From contig BTVJ01000001.1 in NCBI GenBank assembly GCA_045863395.1, forward strand, positions 160,001 to 224,000: DNA of 64,000 bases, read 5' to 3'. Below are positions 10,626-19,568 of this stretch, one piece after another. Position numbers and translations under genes: made by a program. Each line of letters starts with the position of its first letter. Position 1 is the first letter of the stretch. The notes under the pieces were generated by a model. The model saw nothing but the letters and a program-made list of their open reading frames with translations. It searched no databases and was not told the origin of the DNA. Origin of the DNA: Myxococcales bacterium. GTDB taxonomy: Bacteria; Myxococcota_A; UBA9042; JABWCM01; BTVJ01.

Positions 10626-11138
10626 CTACTCCTGGGCGTCGGCACCGCCCGGCGCGAACGGACAGTCCGGGTTGCCGGGGCCCGGGCCGAAGCCTCCCGG
10701 GCCACCGAAGCCCGGGCCGAAGCCGCGACCGCCCCGACCGAAGCCCTTGCGGTCCATGCGCTCCGCCGCCTTCGCGCGCTGCTCGGGGGTGAGGATCGCG
10801 TGCACGGCGAGCCGGTGGTCGATGTGGGCCACCTGGAGCTTGGCACGCACGGCGTCGATCTCCGCGTGCAGCCGCAAGATGGCGGCCCGGTCCGGCGCGT
10901 CCACCTTCCACAGCTCCAGCATCTGCTCGTGGAGCGCCTTCAGGTCGTCGTGGAGCGGCTTGGTCGCAGTCTTCATCTGCTGCTTCAGCGTCGACACCTG
11001 CTCCAGCTGGGCCGCCGAGAGGCCCAGGTCCTTCAACATGCGCTCGCCCATGCGCCCGGGCCCGCGGGCGATGGCCGCCGAGGCGAACAGGAGCGCGACG
11101 ATGGCGAGCAGGCCCGCGATGACGTGTGATCTCTTCAT
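10626..11138 (-). CDS. Periplasmic Spy/CpxP/ZraP family protein
   Basis: Signal peptide, LGLSAAQ and ILTPEQR (LTxxQ) motifs, Gly-rich tail. Confidence 0.85.
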   Translation of the reverse strand: MKRSHVIAGLLAIVALLFASAAIARGPGRMGERMLKDLGLSAAQLEQVSTLKQQMKTATKPLHDDLKALHEQMLELWKVDAPDRAAILRLHAEIDAVRAKLQVAHIDHRLAVHAILTPEQRAKAAERMDRKGFGRGGRGFGPGFGGPGGFGPGPGNPDCPFAPGGADAQE

Positions 11139-11187
11139 GGTCTTTCCTCCGCTTGGTTGTCGAACCTCGAACACGCCCCAACGGAGT

Positions 11188-11203
11188 CGCAAGGCCCGTG
11201 CCA
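11188..11203 (-). promoter_or_regulatory. Sigma54 (-24/-12) promoter for the spy/zraP-kinase-regulator operon
   Basis: Minus strand TGGCACGGGCCTTGCG matches TGGCAC-N5-TTGC, 50 bp upstream of the ATG. Confidence 0.85.
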
Positions 11204-11300
11204 CCGCACGCGCCCGCGCCTGACCACGAGAATCTATCCTGGATTCAGTGAGTTGGAAAGCCGGAGAGTCAACGGAGGGGGCGACGAAGGGTCATGGCGC

Positions 11301-11335
11301 GTGCGGTTGTGGCACCGGGAGTGCGAGATCCGCAC
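11301..11335. promoter_or_regulatory. Tandem palindromic upstream activator sequence (putative bEBP binding sites)
   Basis: GTGCGGTTGTGGCAC and GTGCGAGATCCGCAC (GTGCG-N5-CGCAC), 20 bp period, about 100-130 bp upstream of the sigma54 promoter. Confidence 0.65.
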
Positions 11336-11345
11336 TCCCCCGGGG

Positions 11346-12812
11346 CTACTGGCCCGTCTTGAAGACCAGGGACTTGAGGTTGTCGGAGAGCTCGTCCAGG
11401 ACGACCTCCTCCGCCAGGAACTCGTGGCACATATCGCAGTCCTGGCTGAGCGTCTTGCCCTCCTTGGTGGCGTGCTCATCGTCGTGGCAGCGGAAGCAGC
11501 CACGCATGTCGCCGTCGCCGCCGCGATGCCCGAGGTGGGTCGGGTAGGTGTCCCAGCCGATCTTCATCTTGGGCCAGATGTTGCGCCGATAGAGCTCCGC
11601 CATCCCCGCGGCGGCCTTGTCCAGCTTCGCGGCGTCGGGCTTGGCGTCGGGGTACTGCGCGTCATAGGCCGCGGCGAGCTCCTTCCGGTACTCCGCCTCG
11701 ACGGTGTCCCGGTCCCGGTCCTCGCGCAGGAGGATGGGCTCCGCGAGAGCGCGCAGCCACGGGGTCCCCGCGTCGAGGAGGCCGCTCTCGAACGCGAAGT
11801 TCAGCGCATAGGCCGGGGCGCCATCGTAGTTGTGCGTCGGGCGGTTGTGGCAGTCGATGCAGTCCATGGTCCGCGACTCCTTCGCGGCGCCGCCCTTCCC
11901 CTCCGGCGGCAGGTACTCGGCGACCACCTCGCCCCCCTTGAGGACGGTGACCTTGCCGATCTGCTCCCGCTTGTCGTCCAGCGCCTCGTAGCGGACCTCG
12001 ATGTCCGAGCGCACGTGCCAGTGGATGCCCTCCAGCTCTCCCGTCTTCGGGTTGCGCCCGCCCACCTTCAATACGAACAGGTTGACCTCCGCCGTGTTTG
12101 CCTCGTCCGCCTTGTAGTGCATGCGGTGGGTGACGCGGTTGCCGTGGAACTTCTCGGTCCAGTGGCACTCCTCGCAGGTGTCCCGCGCCGGGCGCAGGGT
12201 GTGGACCGGGGCCGGGATCGGGCGACTGAAGTCGTTGGTCATCACCCCCCACACCTGGCGCAGGCCGTCGATCTTCGCCTTGACCGCCCAGGACGCGCCC
12301 TCGCCGATGTGGCACTCCACGCACGCGACGCGGGAGTGGGGCGAGCGCAGGTAGGCCTCGTACTCGGGCGCCATCACCTCGTGGCACACCGTCCCGCAGA
12401 ACTTGGGGCTGTCCATGAACTGCGCAGCCTGCTGCCCGGCGCCGCCGAGGATGACGATGTTGACCACCGTCAGCACCCCGACGAACAGGGCGCGCCGCCG
12501 CAGCGTCCTGCTGCCGACGACGGTGCCCATGGCGGCGAGCAGGGAGTCGCCCCCCGGCTCCTGAGCGGCGATGCGCTTGCGGTAGACGAAGAGGCCGAGG
12601 GGGATGAGCCCGAGACCGAGCAGGAACCCGAAGGGGAGCACCAGCAGGATGAACGCCAGCGCATAGGTGTTGGTCGTCGGGGCCACGAACTGCTGCGCCA
12701 GGGCGAACAGCAGCACGCAGCCGATGACCGTGGTGATCACGACGCCAAGGAGGCTGATCCAGTTGCTCCACAGCCGTGGGAGCCAGTTCGCGATACGTCC
12801 CATCTGTTCCAT
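11346..12812 (-). CDS. Membrane-anchored multiheme cytochrome c (NapC/NirT-like N-terminal domain, about 6 hemes)
   Basis: Three N-terminal TMs; CGTVCH (CX3CH), CVECH, CEECH, CIDCH, CFRCH and CDMCH; alternative start at 12803. Confidence 0.88.
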   Translation of the reverse strand: MEQMGRIANWLPRLWSNWISLLGVVITTVIGCVLLFALAQQFVAPTTNTYALAFILLVLPFGFLLGLGLIPLGLFVYRKRIAAQEPGGDSLLAAMGTVVGSRTLRRRALFVGVLTVVNIVILGGAGQQAAQFMDSPKFCGTVCHEVMAPEYEAYLRSPHSRVACVECHIGEGASWAVKAKIDGLRQVWGVMTNDFSRPIPAPVHTLRPARDTCEECHWTEKFHGNRVTHRMHYKADEANTAEVNLFVLKVGGRNPKTGELEGIHWHVRSDIEVRYEALDDKREQIGKVTVLKGGEVVAEYLPPEGKGGAAKESRTMDCIDCHNRPTHNYDGAPAYALNFAFESGLLDAGTPWLRALAEPILLREDRDRDTVEAEYRKELAAAYDAQYPDAKPDAAKLDKAAAGMAELYRRNIWPKMKIGWDTYPTHLGHRGGDGDMRGCFRCHDDEHATKEGKTLSQDCDMCHEFLAEEVVLDELSDNLKSLVFKTGQ

Positions 12813-12907
12813 CCCTGATGCGCGAGCGCGCCTTGCTCTGACGGGCACCTCCCCGGTGCCGGCCCGGGTCCCGCCCGAGGTGCGCCATGGATTAGCACAA
12901 CCGGATG

Positions 12908-12940
12908 CGGAAGTGTCGTGCCATGACGCACCGGGTCATG
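12908..12940 (-). promoter_or_regulatory. Possible sigma54-like promoter with an overlapping inverted repeat upstream of the multiheme cytochrome
   Basis: Minus strand TGGCACGACACTTCCG (one mismatch, at -12) overlapping the palindrome CATGAC-N7-GTCATG at 12922-12940. Confidence 0.35.
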
Positions 12941-12986
12941 CTTTGGGTTACACGCCGGTCGCACCACGGGAGGCTCCCCCGCGCTT

Positions 12987-14978
12987 CTACTGCGGGGTGA
13001 AGGTCGGATCTACGTACCCGGGCGCGATGTCCCACCCTCCAGCAGATCCGGAGCGCGGCTGGACCACGGGCCCCGGGCCGATGGTTGCGACGCGCCAGAG
13101 ATCGAGCGACGTGAGCTCCGTCGCCACCTCCAGCGTGAGCTCGCCCTCGACCCACACGCGCACGGTGGCCGTGGACGGCCCGAACCCGTTGTCGTCCCAG
13201 TAGTGCACGCCGATCCGGTAGACGGCGCCCGCCTCGAGCTGCTGGAAGCTCAGGCTCTCGGGCCCCGCGCCATCCACGTCGTCGCGCTCCAGCGTCGCCG
13301 GCCAGGACGGGGTCGGGTTGAACCAGAAGCAGTCGTAGGGGACGTTGAACCACCCGTCCGGCTCGCCGTCGCCGTCGACGTCCGGGCCCGTCGCCTGCGG
13401 GTGGAGCACGTGCAGATCGAGATCCGCCCCCTTCTTGAAGCCCGTGTCGCTCTGGTCCGAGTCCCCCGGTGTGTCCCAGGTGACCTCCACGTAGATCAGG
13501 GCGGCTGGCGCCACGACCACCTCCAGCTCAGTGGGGGCGCAGCTCTCCAGGCCCGCGTCGTCGGTGACGGTCAGCGAGAACCGGTAGACCCCGGCCACGT
13601 CGACGGTGAAGGTGGGGGCGACCACGTCGGGCGACGGCTTGAACACGCCGTGGCTGCCCGGCGGCTCCACGACGGCCCAGCTCCACCCGAGGATCGCCGC
13701 GTCGTGGGGGATGCTCTTCGCGCCCGAGAGCTGGAGCACCGTCTGCGGCTTGACGGCGGTCCCCTCGACCACCGTGATCACGGGCTTCGGGCACTGGCCC
13801 TCCAGGTCGCAGGGCTGGCCGTTGGGGCGGTACACGCAGCCGCCGTCGCACGAGTCGTCGGTGCAGGAGAGGCCATCGTCGCACACCACGGGGGGCGCGC
13901 CCGCGCACACCCCCGCCGCGCAGGCTCCGTCGCCCGTGCAGAGGTCGCCGTCGTCGCAGCCCTTCCCCTCGTTGGTGGGCACCCGCACACACAGGGAGTC
14001 CGCCCCGCACGAGTCCGCCGTGCAGGAGCTGCCGTCGTCGCAGGAGTCAGGGACCGCTGGATCGCACCAGTCGGCGGCAGCGGCGACCAGAATGGCGACC
14101 GCCGCCTCGTCCGTCGCCCTTCCATCTGACACGGTGACGCGGGCAAGCAGAGACGTGGCGACCGGGAGCGCCGGCGCCTTGACGCGGATGCGGCTGCCGT
14201 CCCCGACGAGATCCTCGACGGCCAGCGTGAGCTCTGCGCCGGTGCCCTCGTCCACGAAGGTCCAGGTGAAGGTGAGGGTGTCCGCCGGGTTCGGGTCCGT
14301 CGACGCCTCCGCGGACAGCTCGATCTCGTCGCCCACCTCAGCCTGGGAGATGCTGGCCACGGCGTCGGCTACGGGCGGCTCGTTGACGGAGTTCTGCACG
14401 GTCACCTCCATCGTGTCCTCCGACGAGGCGCCGCCCGGCGCGCTCAGCGTGAGGCGGAAGGTCAGCCGCGTGTCCTCCAGCACCGCGGGAGCATCGAACC
14501 GCACCGTGCCCGCGACGACGCCGTCGCCCTTGCCGCCGGAGACGGGCTCCAGGACGGCGACGGCACCCTTTGGCACGGAGCCGACCAGCTCCCACGTGAA
14601 CGTCGGGTCGTCGCCGATGACGAAGCTGCCGTTGGCGCTCAGCGTGACCACGTCTCCCTCGCCCACCTCCAGGTCGTCGCCCGCGTAGGCATAGCCAGGC
14701 GGAAGGACCGGCTCGCAGCCGCCCTCGACGCACGCGCGGTCCGACGTGCCCGGCTCACACTCGGTGTGCTGCGCACAGGCCTTCAGGCACACGTTGTCAC
14801 GGCAGATCTGGCCGCTCGGACAGTCCGAATCCGTGGCGCACGTCGCGGAGCAGAAGCCGCCCACGCACACCTGGCTCGGCGGGCAGTCAGCGTTGCCTTG
14901 GCAGAGGCCGCCAACCTTCAGGGGACCGTCCTCGCACCCGACGAGCAGGGCAAGGGCGAGCAGGGTCACGGTACGCAT
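12987..14978 (-). CDS. Cys-rich surface lipoprotein with PKD/Ig-like domains and a C-terminal YfaP/DUF2135-like domain
   Basis: Lipobox LLVGC; Cys-rich N-terminus; AYAGDD..VTLSANGS and NEPPVADA PKD-like units; CDDGxxCTxDSC repeats; TWDTPGD..DLDLH..DDVDGAGPE. Confidence 0.75.
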   Translation of the reverse strand: MRTVTLLALALLVGCEDGPLKVGGLCQGNADCPPSQVCVGGFCSATCATDSDCPSGQICRDNVCLKACAQHTECEPGTSDRACVEGGCEPVLPPGYAYAGDDLEVGEGDVVTLSANGSFVIGDDPTFTWELVGSVPKGAVAVLEPVSGGKGDGVVAGTVRFDAPAVLEDTRLTFRLTLSAPGGASSEDTMEVTVQNSVNEPPVADAVASISQAEVGDEIELSAEASTDPNPADTLTFTWTFVDEGTGAELTLAVEDLVGDGSRIRVKAPALPVATSLLARVTVSDGRATDEAAVAILVAAAADWCDPAVPDSCDDGSSCTADSCGADSLCVRVPTNEGKGCDDGDLCTGDGACAAGVCAGAPPVVCDDGLSCTDDSCDGGCVYRPNGQPCDLEGQCPKPVITVVEGTAVKPQTVLQLSGAKSIPHDAAILGWSWAVVEPPGSHGVFKPSPDVVAPTFTVDVAGVYRFSLTVTDDAGLESCAPTELEVVVAPAALIYVEVTWDTPGDSDQSDTGFKKGADLDLHVLHPQATGPDVDGDGEPDGWFNVPYDCFWFNPTPSWPATLERDDVDGAGPESLSFQQLEAGAVYRIGVHYWDDNGFGPSTATVRVWVEGELTLEVATELTSLDLWRVATIGPGPVVQPRSGSAGGWDIAPGYVDPTFTPQ

Positions 14979-15125
14979 CGGGGGCTCTCCATGGGTGCGA
15001 GCGGTGAACAGCACACCGTTACCACGTTCGCGCGCGCGGCTCCACGGGAGAGGGCCTGACGAGCGCGCGAGAGGCGCCCGGACGGCCCGCACCCACCACC
15101 GGTGAGGAGATCGAGCGTGGACGGA

Positions 15126-16211
15126 TCAGCGGCGGAGCGCCCACGCCCGCAGCAGGTGATCGGCGATGACCAGGCAGGCCATGGCCTCGACGATGGGCAC
15201 GGCGCGCGGGAGCACGCACGGGTCGTGGCGCCCCTTCATCTGGAGCACCGTCTCTTGGTGCGGGGCCACCGTCACGGTGCGCTGGGGCTGGAAGTGGGTC
15301 GCCACGGGCTTGAAGGCCACGCGCATGGTCACGGGCATGCCGTTGCTGATCCCCCCCTGGATGCCACCGCTGTGGTTGGTCTCGGTGACCACCCGCCCGC
15401 TCGCGTCCACCGCGAAGGGGTCGTTGTGGGCGGTGCCGCGCATGCGGGCCCCGGCAAAGCCGCTGCCGCTCTCGAAGCCCTTGGCCGCGGGGATGGACAG
15501 CATGGCGCGGGCGAGCTCCGCCTCCAGCTTGTCGAAGACCGGGTCGCCCAGGCCCGCGGGGACCCCGCGCGCAACGCACCCGACCACGCCGCCCACGGTG
15601 TCCCGGTCTTTGCGGGCGGCCTCGATGGCCGCGATCATCGCCGCCGCGGCGACGGGATCCGGGCAGCGCACGGGGGTCGCGTCCACGGCGTCGCTGGTCA
15701 CCCCGAGGGGGTCCACCCGGGCGTCGACGCCGCCAACGGCCTCCACCCACGCGATGACCTCGATCCCTTCAGAGGCGAGCAGCGCCCGCGCGACAGCCCC
15801 GGCCGCCACGCGCCCCACGGTCTCCCGGGCGCTCGCCCGCCCGCCGCCGCGCCAGTCGCGCACCCCGTAGCGGGCCTCGGTGGTGAAGTCAGCGTGGCTC
15901 GGGCGGTAGGCGGTCCGCAAATCTTCGTATTTGCTGGAGTCCGCATCCTGGTTGCGCACGAGCAGCGCGATGGGGGTGCCGAGGGTCACCCCCTCGAACA
16001 CGCCGCTGAGGATCTCGACGGCGTCGGCCTCACCACGCGGTGTGACCAGCCGGCTCTGACCCGGGCGCCGGCGGTCCAGGTCCCGCTGGATGAGCGCAGG
16101 CGTCACGGGCAGCCCGGGCGGGCACCCGTCCAGGACGCAGCCCACCGCCGGCCCGTGGGACTCCCCGAAGGTCGTGACCCGCAGCAGGCGCCCGAGGCTG
16201 CTCCCGCTCAC
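15126..16211 (-). CDS. aroC: Chorismate synthase
   Basis: [37 protein letters not shown] and GRHDPCV. Confidence 0.97.
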   Translation of the reverse strand: MSGSSLGRLLRVTTFGESHGPAVGCVLDGCPPGLPVTPALIQRDLDRRRPGQSRLVTPRGEADAVEILSGVFEGVTLGTPIALLVRNQDADSSKYEDLRTAYRPSHADFTTEARYGVRDWRGGGRASARETVGRVAAGAVARALLASEGIEVIAWVEAVGGVDARVDPLGVTSDAVDATPVRCPDPVAAAAMIAAIEAARKDRDTVGGVVGCVARGVPAGLGDPVFDKLEAELARAMLSIPAAKGFESGSGFAGARMRGTAHNDPFAVDASGRVVTETNHSGGIQGGISNGMPVTMRVAFKPVATHFQPQRTVTVAPHQETVLQMKGRHDPCVLPRAVPIVEAMACLVIADHLLRAWALRR

Positions 16212-16927
16212 GCCCGCCTCTTCCGCAGGATCACGAGCAGGAAGCCCCCGAACCTGCGGAGCGGCGATGCGCTCGCCGCCCTCTCCACCGCCTCGACGGC
16301 CGCCCCAACGACCGGCAGATTGAACAGGGCCGCCAGAGGGGCGATGACCCGAATCCCGCCCACGTCGACGAGCTCCACGTCGGCGGGCAGCAGGGCCCGC
16401 AGGTCCCCGAGGGAGTCGTAGCGGGTGTAGACGTGCTCGTCAGTGGTGCCGGCGGCGACCTCCTGCGCGGGCTTGAGGCGCTTGACCAGGTACCGGAGGC
16501 TCTGGCGGTTGTAGTACTCCAGCACCAGGTGTCCGCCCGGCTTCACCACGCGGGACAGCTCCGCGAGGGCCGCCCGGGCGTCCTCCACGTGGGCGAGCAC
16601 CTTGAAGGAGCACACGGTGTCGAAGGTCGCGTCCGGGAAGGGGAGCTCCAGCAGGCTCGCCTGGACGACCTGGTGGCCCCGCTCGCGAGCGCGGCGCAGC
16701 ATGCCGTGGGACAGGTCCACCCCGACCAGCGAGCGCGCGAGGGGCTTGAGGCGCTCCAGGATGAGCCCGGTGCCGCACCCCGCCTCCAGCACGCTCTTGC
16801 CCCGCACGTATGGCTCGACGGTGCGCGTCTCCATCTCGTCGAGGAAGACGTGGTAGCCCTCATGGCGCTGGTCCTCATAGCGCTCGCTGAAGGCGTCGTA
16901 GTAGCTCCGCGTGTCGCGTCGGGTCAC
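16208..16927 (-). CDS. Class I SAM-dependent methyltransferase
   Basis: GTG start overlapping the GT4 stop (GTGA); [23 protein letters not shown] and VKPGG. Confidence 0.88.
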   Translation of the reverse strand: MTRRDTRSYYDAFSERYEDQRHEGYHVFLDEMETRTVEPYVRGKSVLEAGCGTGLILERLKPLARSLVGVDLSHGMLRRARERGHQVVQASLLELPFPDATFDTVCSFKVLAHVEDARAALAELSRVVKPGGHLVLEYYNRQSLRYLVKRLKPAQEVAAGTTDEHVYTRYDSLGDLRALLPADVELVDVGGIRVIAPLAALFNLPVVGAAVEAVERAASASPLRRFGGFLLVILRKRRA

Positions 16928-18036
16928 CTGCGCACCTCGTCGTAGATGTCTTCGTAAGCGGCGGCCATGACCTGAGCGGACCACCGCGCAAATACAGCCT
17001 GCCGCCCGGCCTCGCCCATGACGCGCAGGCGTTCGGGCGCATCGAGGAGGCGCCCCAGGGCCGTGGCAAGGGCGACGGGATCCTTGGGCGGGACGGCGAC
17101 GCCCCAGTCGTCGCGCCCCCCAAGCACCTCGACGAGCGGCTCCACGTCGGCGACGACCAGCGGGACCTGCTGCGCCAGGCACTCCAGGAGCACGAGCGGC
17201 AGGTCCATCTTGGCGTAGAGGCTCTCCGCGGGCATCGTCGAGAGGTCGGACGCGGCGATCAGGCCCTCCATGTCGTCGACCTCGTGCAGGAACGTGACGT
17301 CCGCCGCAACGCCCGCGGCCCGGATCGCCTCCCGCACGCGGCCCTCGACGATGCGGGAGGCCTCCTGCTTGATGCGGCAGGCGTACACGAAGTGGGCCGC
17401 GCGGCCGGCGAGCACCCGCGGGATGGCCTCGGCGAGCACCGTCGCCGCGCTGGAGTACTGGTAGTCCCCGGCGAAGAGGATCACGGGTCGATCCAGCGGC
17501 AAGCCGTGGAGCGCCCGGACCTCGGCGCGGTCCTCGCGGAGCGCCGGCACCGGGATGCCAGGAGGCACGTGCACGACGCCGCCCACCCCGGCCCCCTCCA
17601 GCATGCGCCGGTTGTAGGCGCTCAGCGCGACGACGCGGTCCCCAAAGCACAGGCGCGCGACCCCCTCGTAGGTGAGCGGCGAGCTGGAGACGGTCTGGAC
17701 GGTCGGCCGGCGGCGGAGCGCGGTCACGAGGCGAGCCACCGCGGACGTGCGGGGGTTCGGGGCGAAGAAGTAGTGGTGGATGGCCGCGCCGTCCGGCCGC
17801 AGCAGGCGCAAGAGGACGCGGAGGTTCTGCGCGACCCCCGGCGAGTAGGACCCCGCGTCCCCGTAGACGGCCTCCGCCACGCAGTCCGTCCCTGGCGGCT
17901 CGGCGCCGCGGGTGGTCATCACGTGGTAGGTGTACCGGGAACCGAAGCGGGCCACGTCGCGCACGATGTTCTTGCCGCTGTCGTTCCACGGGGGGACGAC
18001 GGGCTTCGAGACCAGCAGTACGCGCGGTCCGGTCAA
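16924..18036 (-). CDS. Glycosyltransferase family 4 (GT-B)
   Basis: VPPGI, ILFAG, PLVLLECLAQQVPLVVADV, VPPKDPVALA and MGEAGRQ. Confidence 0.85.
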   Translation of the reverse strand: MTGPRVLLVSKPVVPPWNDSGKNIVRDVARFGSRYTYHVMTTRGAEPPGTDCVAEAVYGDAGSYSPGVAQNLRVLLRLLRPDGAAIHHYFFAPNPRTSAVARLVTALRRRPTVQTVSSSPLTYEGVARLCFGDRVVALSAYNRRMLEGAGVGGVVHVPPGIPVPALREDRAEVRALHGLPLDRPVILFAGDYQYSSAATVLAEAIPRVLAGRAAHFVYACRIKQEASRIVEGRVREAIRAAGVAADVTFLHEVDDMEGLIAASDLSTMPAESLYAKMDLPLVLLECLAQQVPLVVADVEPLVEVLGGRDDWGVAVPPKDPVALATALGRLLDAPERLRVMGEAGRQAVFARWSAQVMAAAYEDIYDEVRR

Positions 18037-18055
18037 TGCTCGGCTCCTGACCCTG

Positions 18056-18274
18056 TCAGACAGGCTCGACCCTCACGAGAGGTTCCCCCTCGGTGACCGA
18101 CTGCCCCTCCTCGACCAGGATCTCCACGATGACGCAGTCTTCGGGGGTCTCGATGGGCACCTCGTCGTCCATGGACTCGAGGATGATGATCGGGGTCCCC
18201 TCCTCCACCTCGTCGCCCTCCTCCACCTCGATCTTGTAGACGGTTCCGGTAACGCGCGTCGTGATCTCGTCCAT
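18056..18274 (-). CDS. Stand-alone biotinyl/lipoyl-domain homologue lacking the modifiable lysine
   Basis: 72 aa: TGTVYKIEVEEGDEV..ILESMDDEVPIETP..VEEGQSVTEGEPLV. The canonical E(S/A)MKM reads ESMDD. GAGGAG RBS. Confidence 0.85.
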   Translation of the reverse strand: MDEITTRVTGTVYKIEVEEGDEVEEGTPIIILESMDDEVPIETPEDCVIVEILVEEGQSVTEGEPLVRVEPV

Positions 18275-18371
18275 CTCCTCGTCCTTCCCTGGTCGTCGAG
18301 CGGGCCTTCGGGCCCGCGGCGCCGGCCATCCTGGAGGCTCCAGGCTGCTCCCGGCGTTGCTCGCGGCGCGG

Positions 18372-18387
18372 CGCAATGCCAATGCCA
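18372..18387 (-). promoter_or_regulatory. Sigma54 promoter for the carrier-GT4-MTase-aroC operon
   Basis: Minus strand TGGCATTGGCATTGCG matches TGGCAY-N5-TTGC, about 100 bp upstream of ATG 18274. Confidence 0.7.
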
Positions 18388-18509
18388 AATCTCCGCGAGG
18401 AAGTCCAGAACGTTCGCGCGACCGGCGTCGCGGGCCCGGACCGTGTGCGCAGCACGGTGGGGCCGCTCTCGCTGGATGAGGCGCCCCGCGCGAGCTAGAA
18501 TGCGCGGCC

Positions 18510-19568
18510 GTGTCACCCTACCCCCCGAGCAGCGCGTGGTCCTGGGTCGACGCCGACGCCCCCGGCGTGTGGCGCTACGCGGCGCGCGTCGGCGTGGAGG
18601 TGCCAGGCCCGCAGCGCCTCCACCTGGGCGAGGGAGGGACTCCCCTGCGGCCCCTGAGCGACGCGATCCTGGCGCTTCGGGAGGACCTCTCCCCCAACGG
18701 CTCCCACAAGGACCGTAGCCTCGTGGTGCAGGTGTCGGCCTGGGCTGCCCGAGGCGCCCGCACGCTGGTGCTCTCTTCGTCGGGGAACGCGGCCATCGCT
18801 GCGGCAGCCGCGTGTCGGGTGGCGGGGCTTCGCCTGGTCGCCCTGGTGTCCCCGCTGACGCCGCCGGCGAAGGTCGCCGCAATCGCCCGGTGGGGCGCCG
18901 CCATCGTCCGCAGCGACCGCGCGCCTGGCCTGTGCCGCGAGCTGTCCCTCGCCCTCGGGGCGCCGGACATCCGCCCGTCCGTGGACGACCTGGCCCTGGC
19001 CGGCTACCGGACGCTGACCTTCGAGCTGGCTGAGCGCCAGGTCCCCTGCGATGCGGTCTTCGTCTACTCCACGTCGGGCAGCACCCTCTGTGGCATGGCG
19101 GAGGGCCAGCGCGCATTGCGCGACGCCGGCTTCAAGGGCGTCCTCCCAACCCTTCACGCGGCGCAGGCGGGCGGAGGCGCACGCCTCGCAGCGGCCTTCG
19201 GTTACACCCCGCCCGCAGCACCCCAGGATCGCAGCGTAGTGCGGGATCTTGGCGCGAAGCACTCTCGACGCCACGGCGACACCGTCCGCGCGATCCGGGG
19301 CTCTGGCGGTGCCGCCTGGCACGCAACGGACGGCGCGATCCTCGCTGCGCGCGAGTGGCTGCTCGACCGGGGCGTCCACGCGGGCCTGGAGAGCGCCTGC
19401 GCCGTGGCGTGTGCGCTCCGCGCGGTCGACGCAGGGGCGGTCCGGCACCCGCTGGTCCTCCTCAGCGGCCACTACGGCCATGAGGACAGCGAAGCTCCCG
19501 AGGTCATCGCTGCGGACACGGTCGCCGAGGCCCTGCCCGCCCTCGGGCGGGCGGGGGTGCTCCGGTGA
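18510..19568 (+). CDS. Fold-type II PLP-dependent enzyme (threonine synthase-like)
   Basis: LGEGGTPL, EDLSPNGSHKDR (PLP Lys), SSGNAA and GYRTLTFEL; atypical phosphate loop YSTSGST. Confidence 0.85.
   Translation: MSPYPPSSAWSWVDADAPGVWRYAARVGVEVPGPQRLHLGEGGTPLRPLSDAILALREDLSPNGSHKDRSLVVQVSAWAARGARTLVLSSSGNAAIAAAAACRVAGLRLVALVSPLTPPAKVAAIARWGAAIVRSDRAPGLCRELSLALGAPDIRPSVDDLALAGYRTLTFELAERQVPCDAVFVYSTSGSTLCGMAEGQRALRDAGFKGVLPTLHAAQAGGGARLAAAFGYTPPAAPQDRSVVRDLGAKHSRRHGDTVRAIRGSGGAAWHATDGAILAAREWLLDRGVHAGLESACAVACALRAVDAGAVRHPLVLLSGHYGHEDSEAPEVIAADTVAEALPALGRAGVLR

Noticed and set aside
16208..17989. 593-aa ORF suggesting a long methyltransferase fusion
   Set aside because: The N-terminal part is an alternative frame of the GT4 gene; the real gene starts at GTG 16927
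18510..19568. Assigning the symbol thrC
   Set aside because: Divergent phosphate-binding loop and non-threonine gene context; function is uncertain
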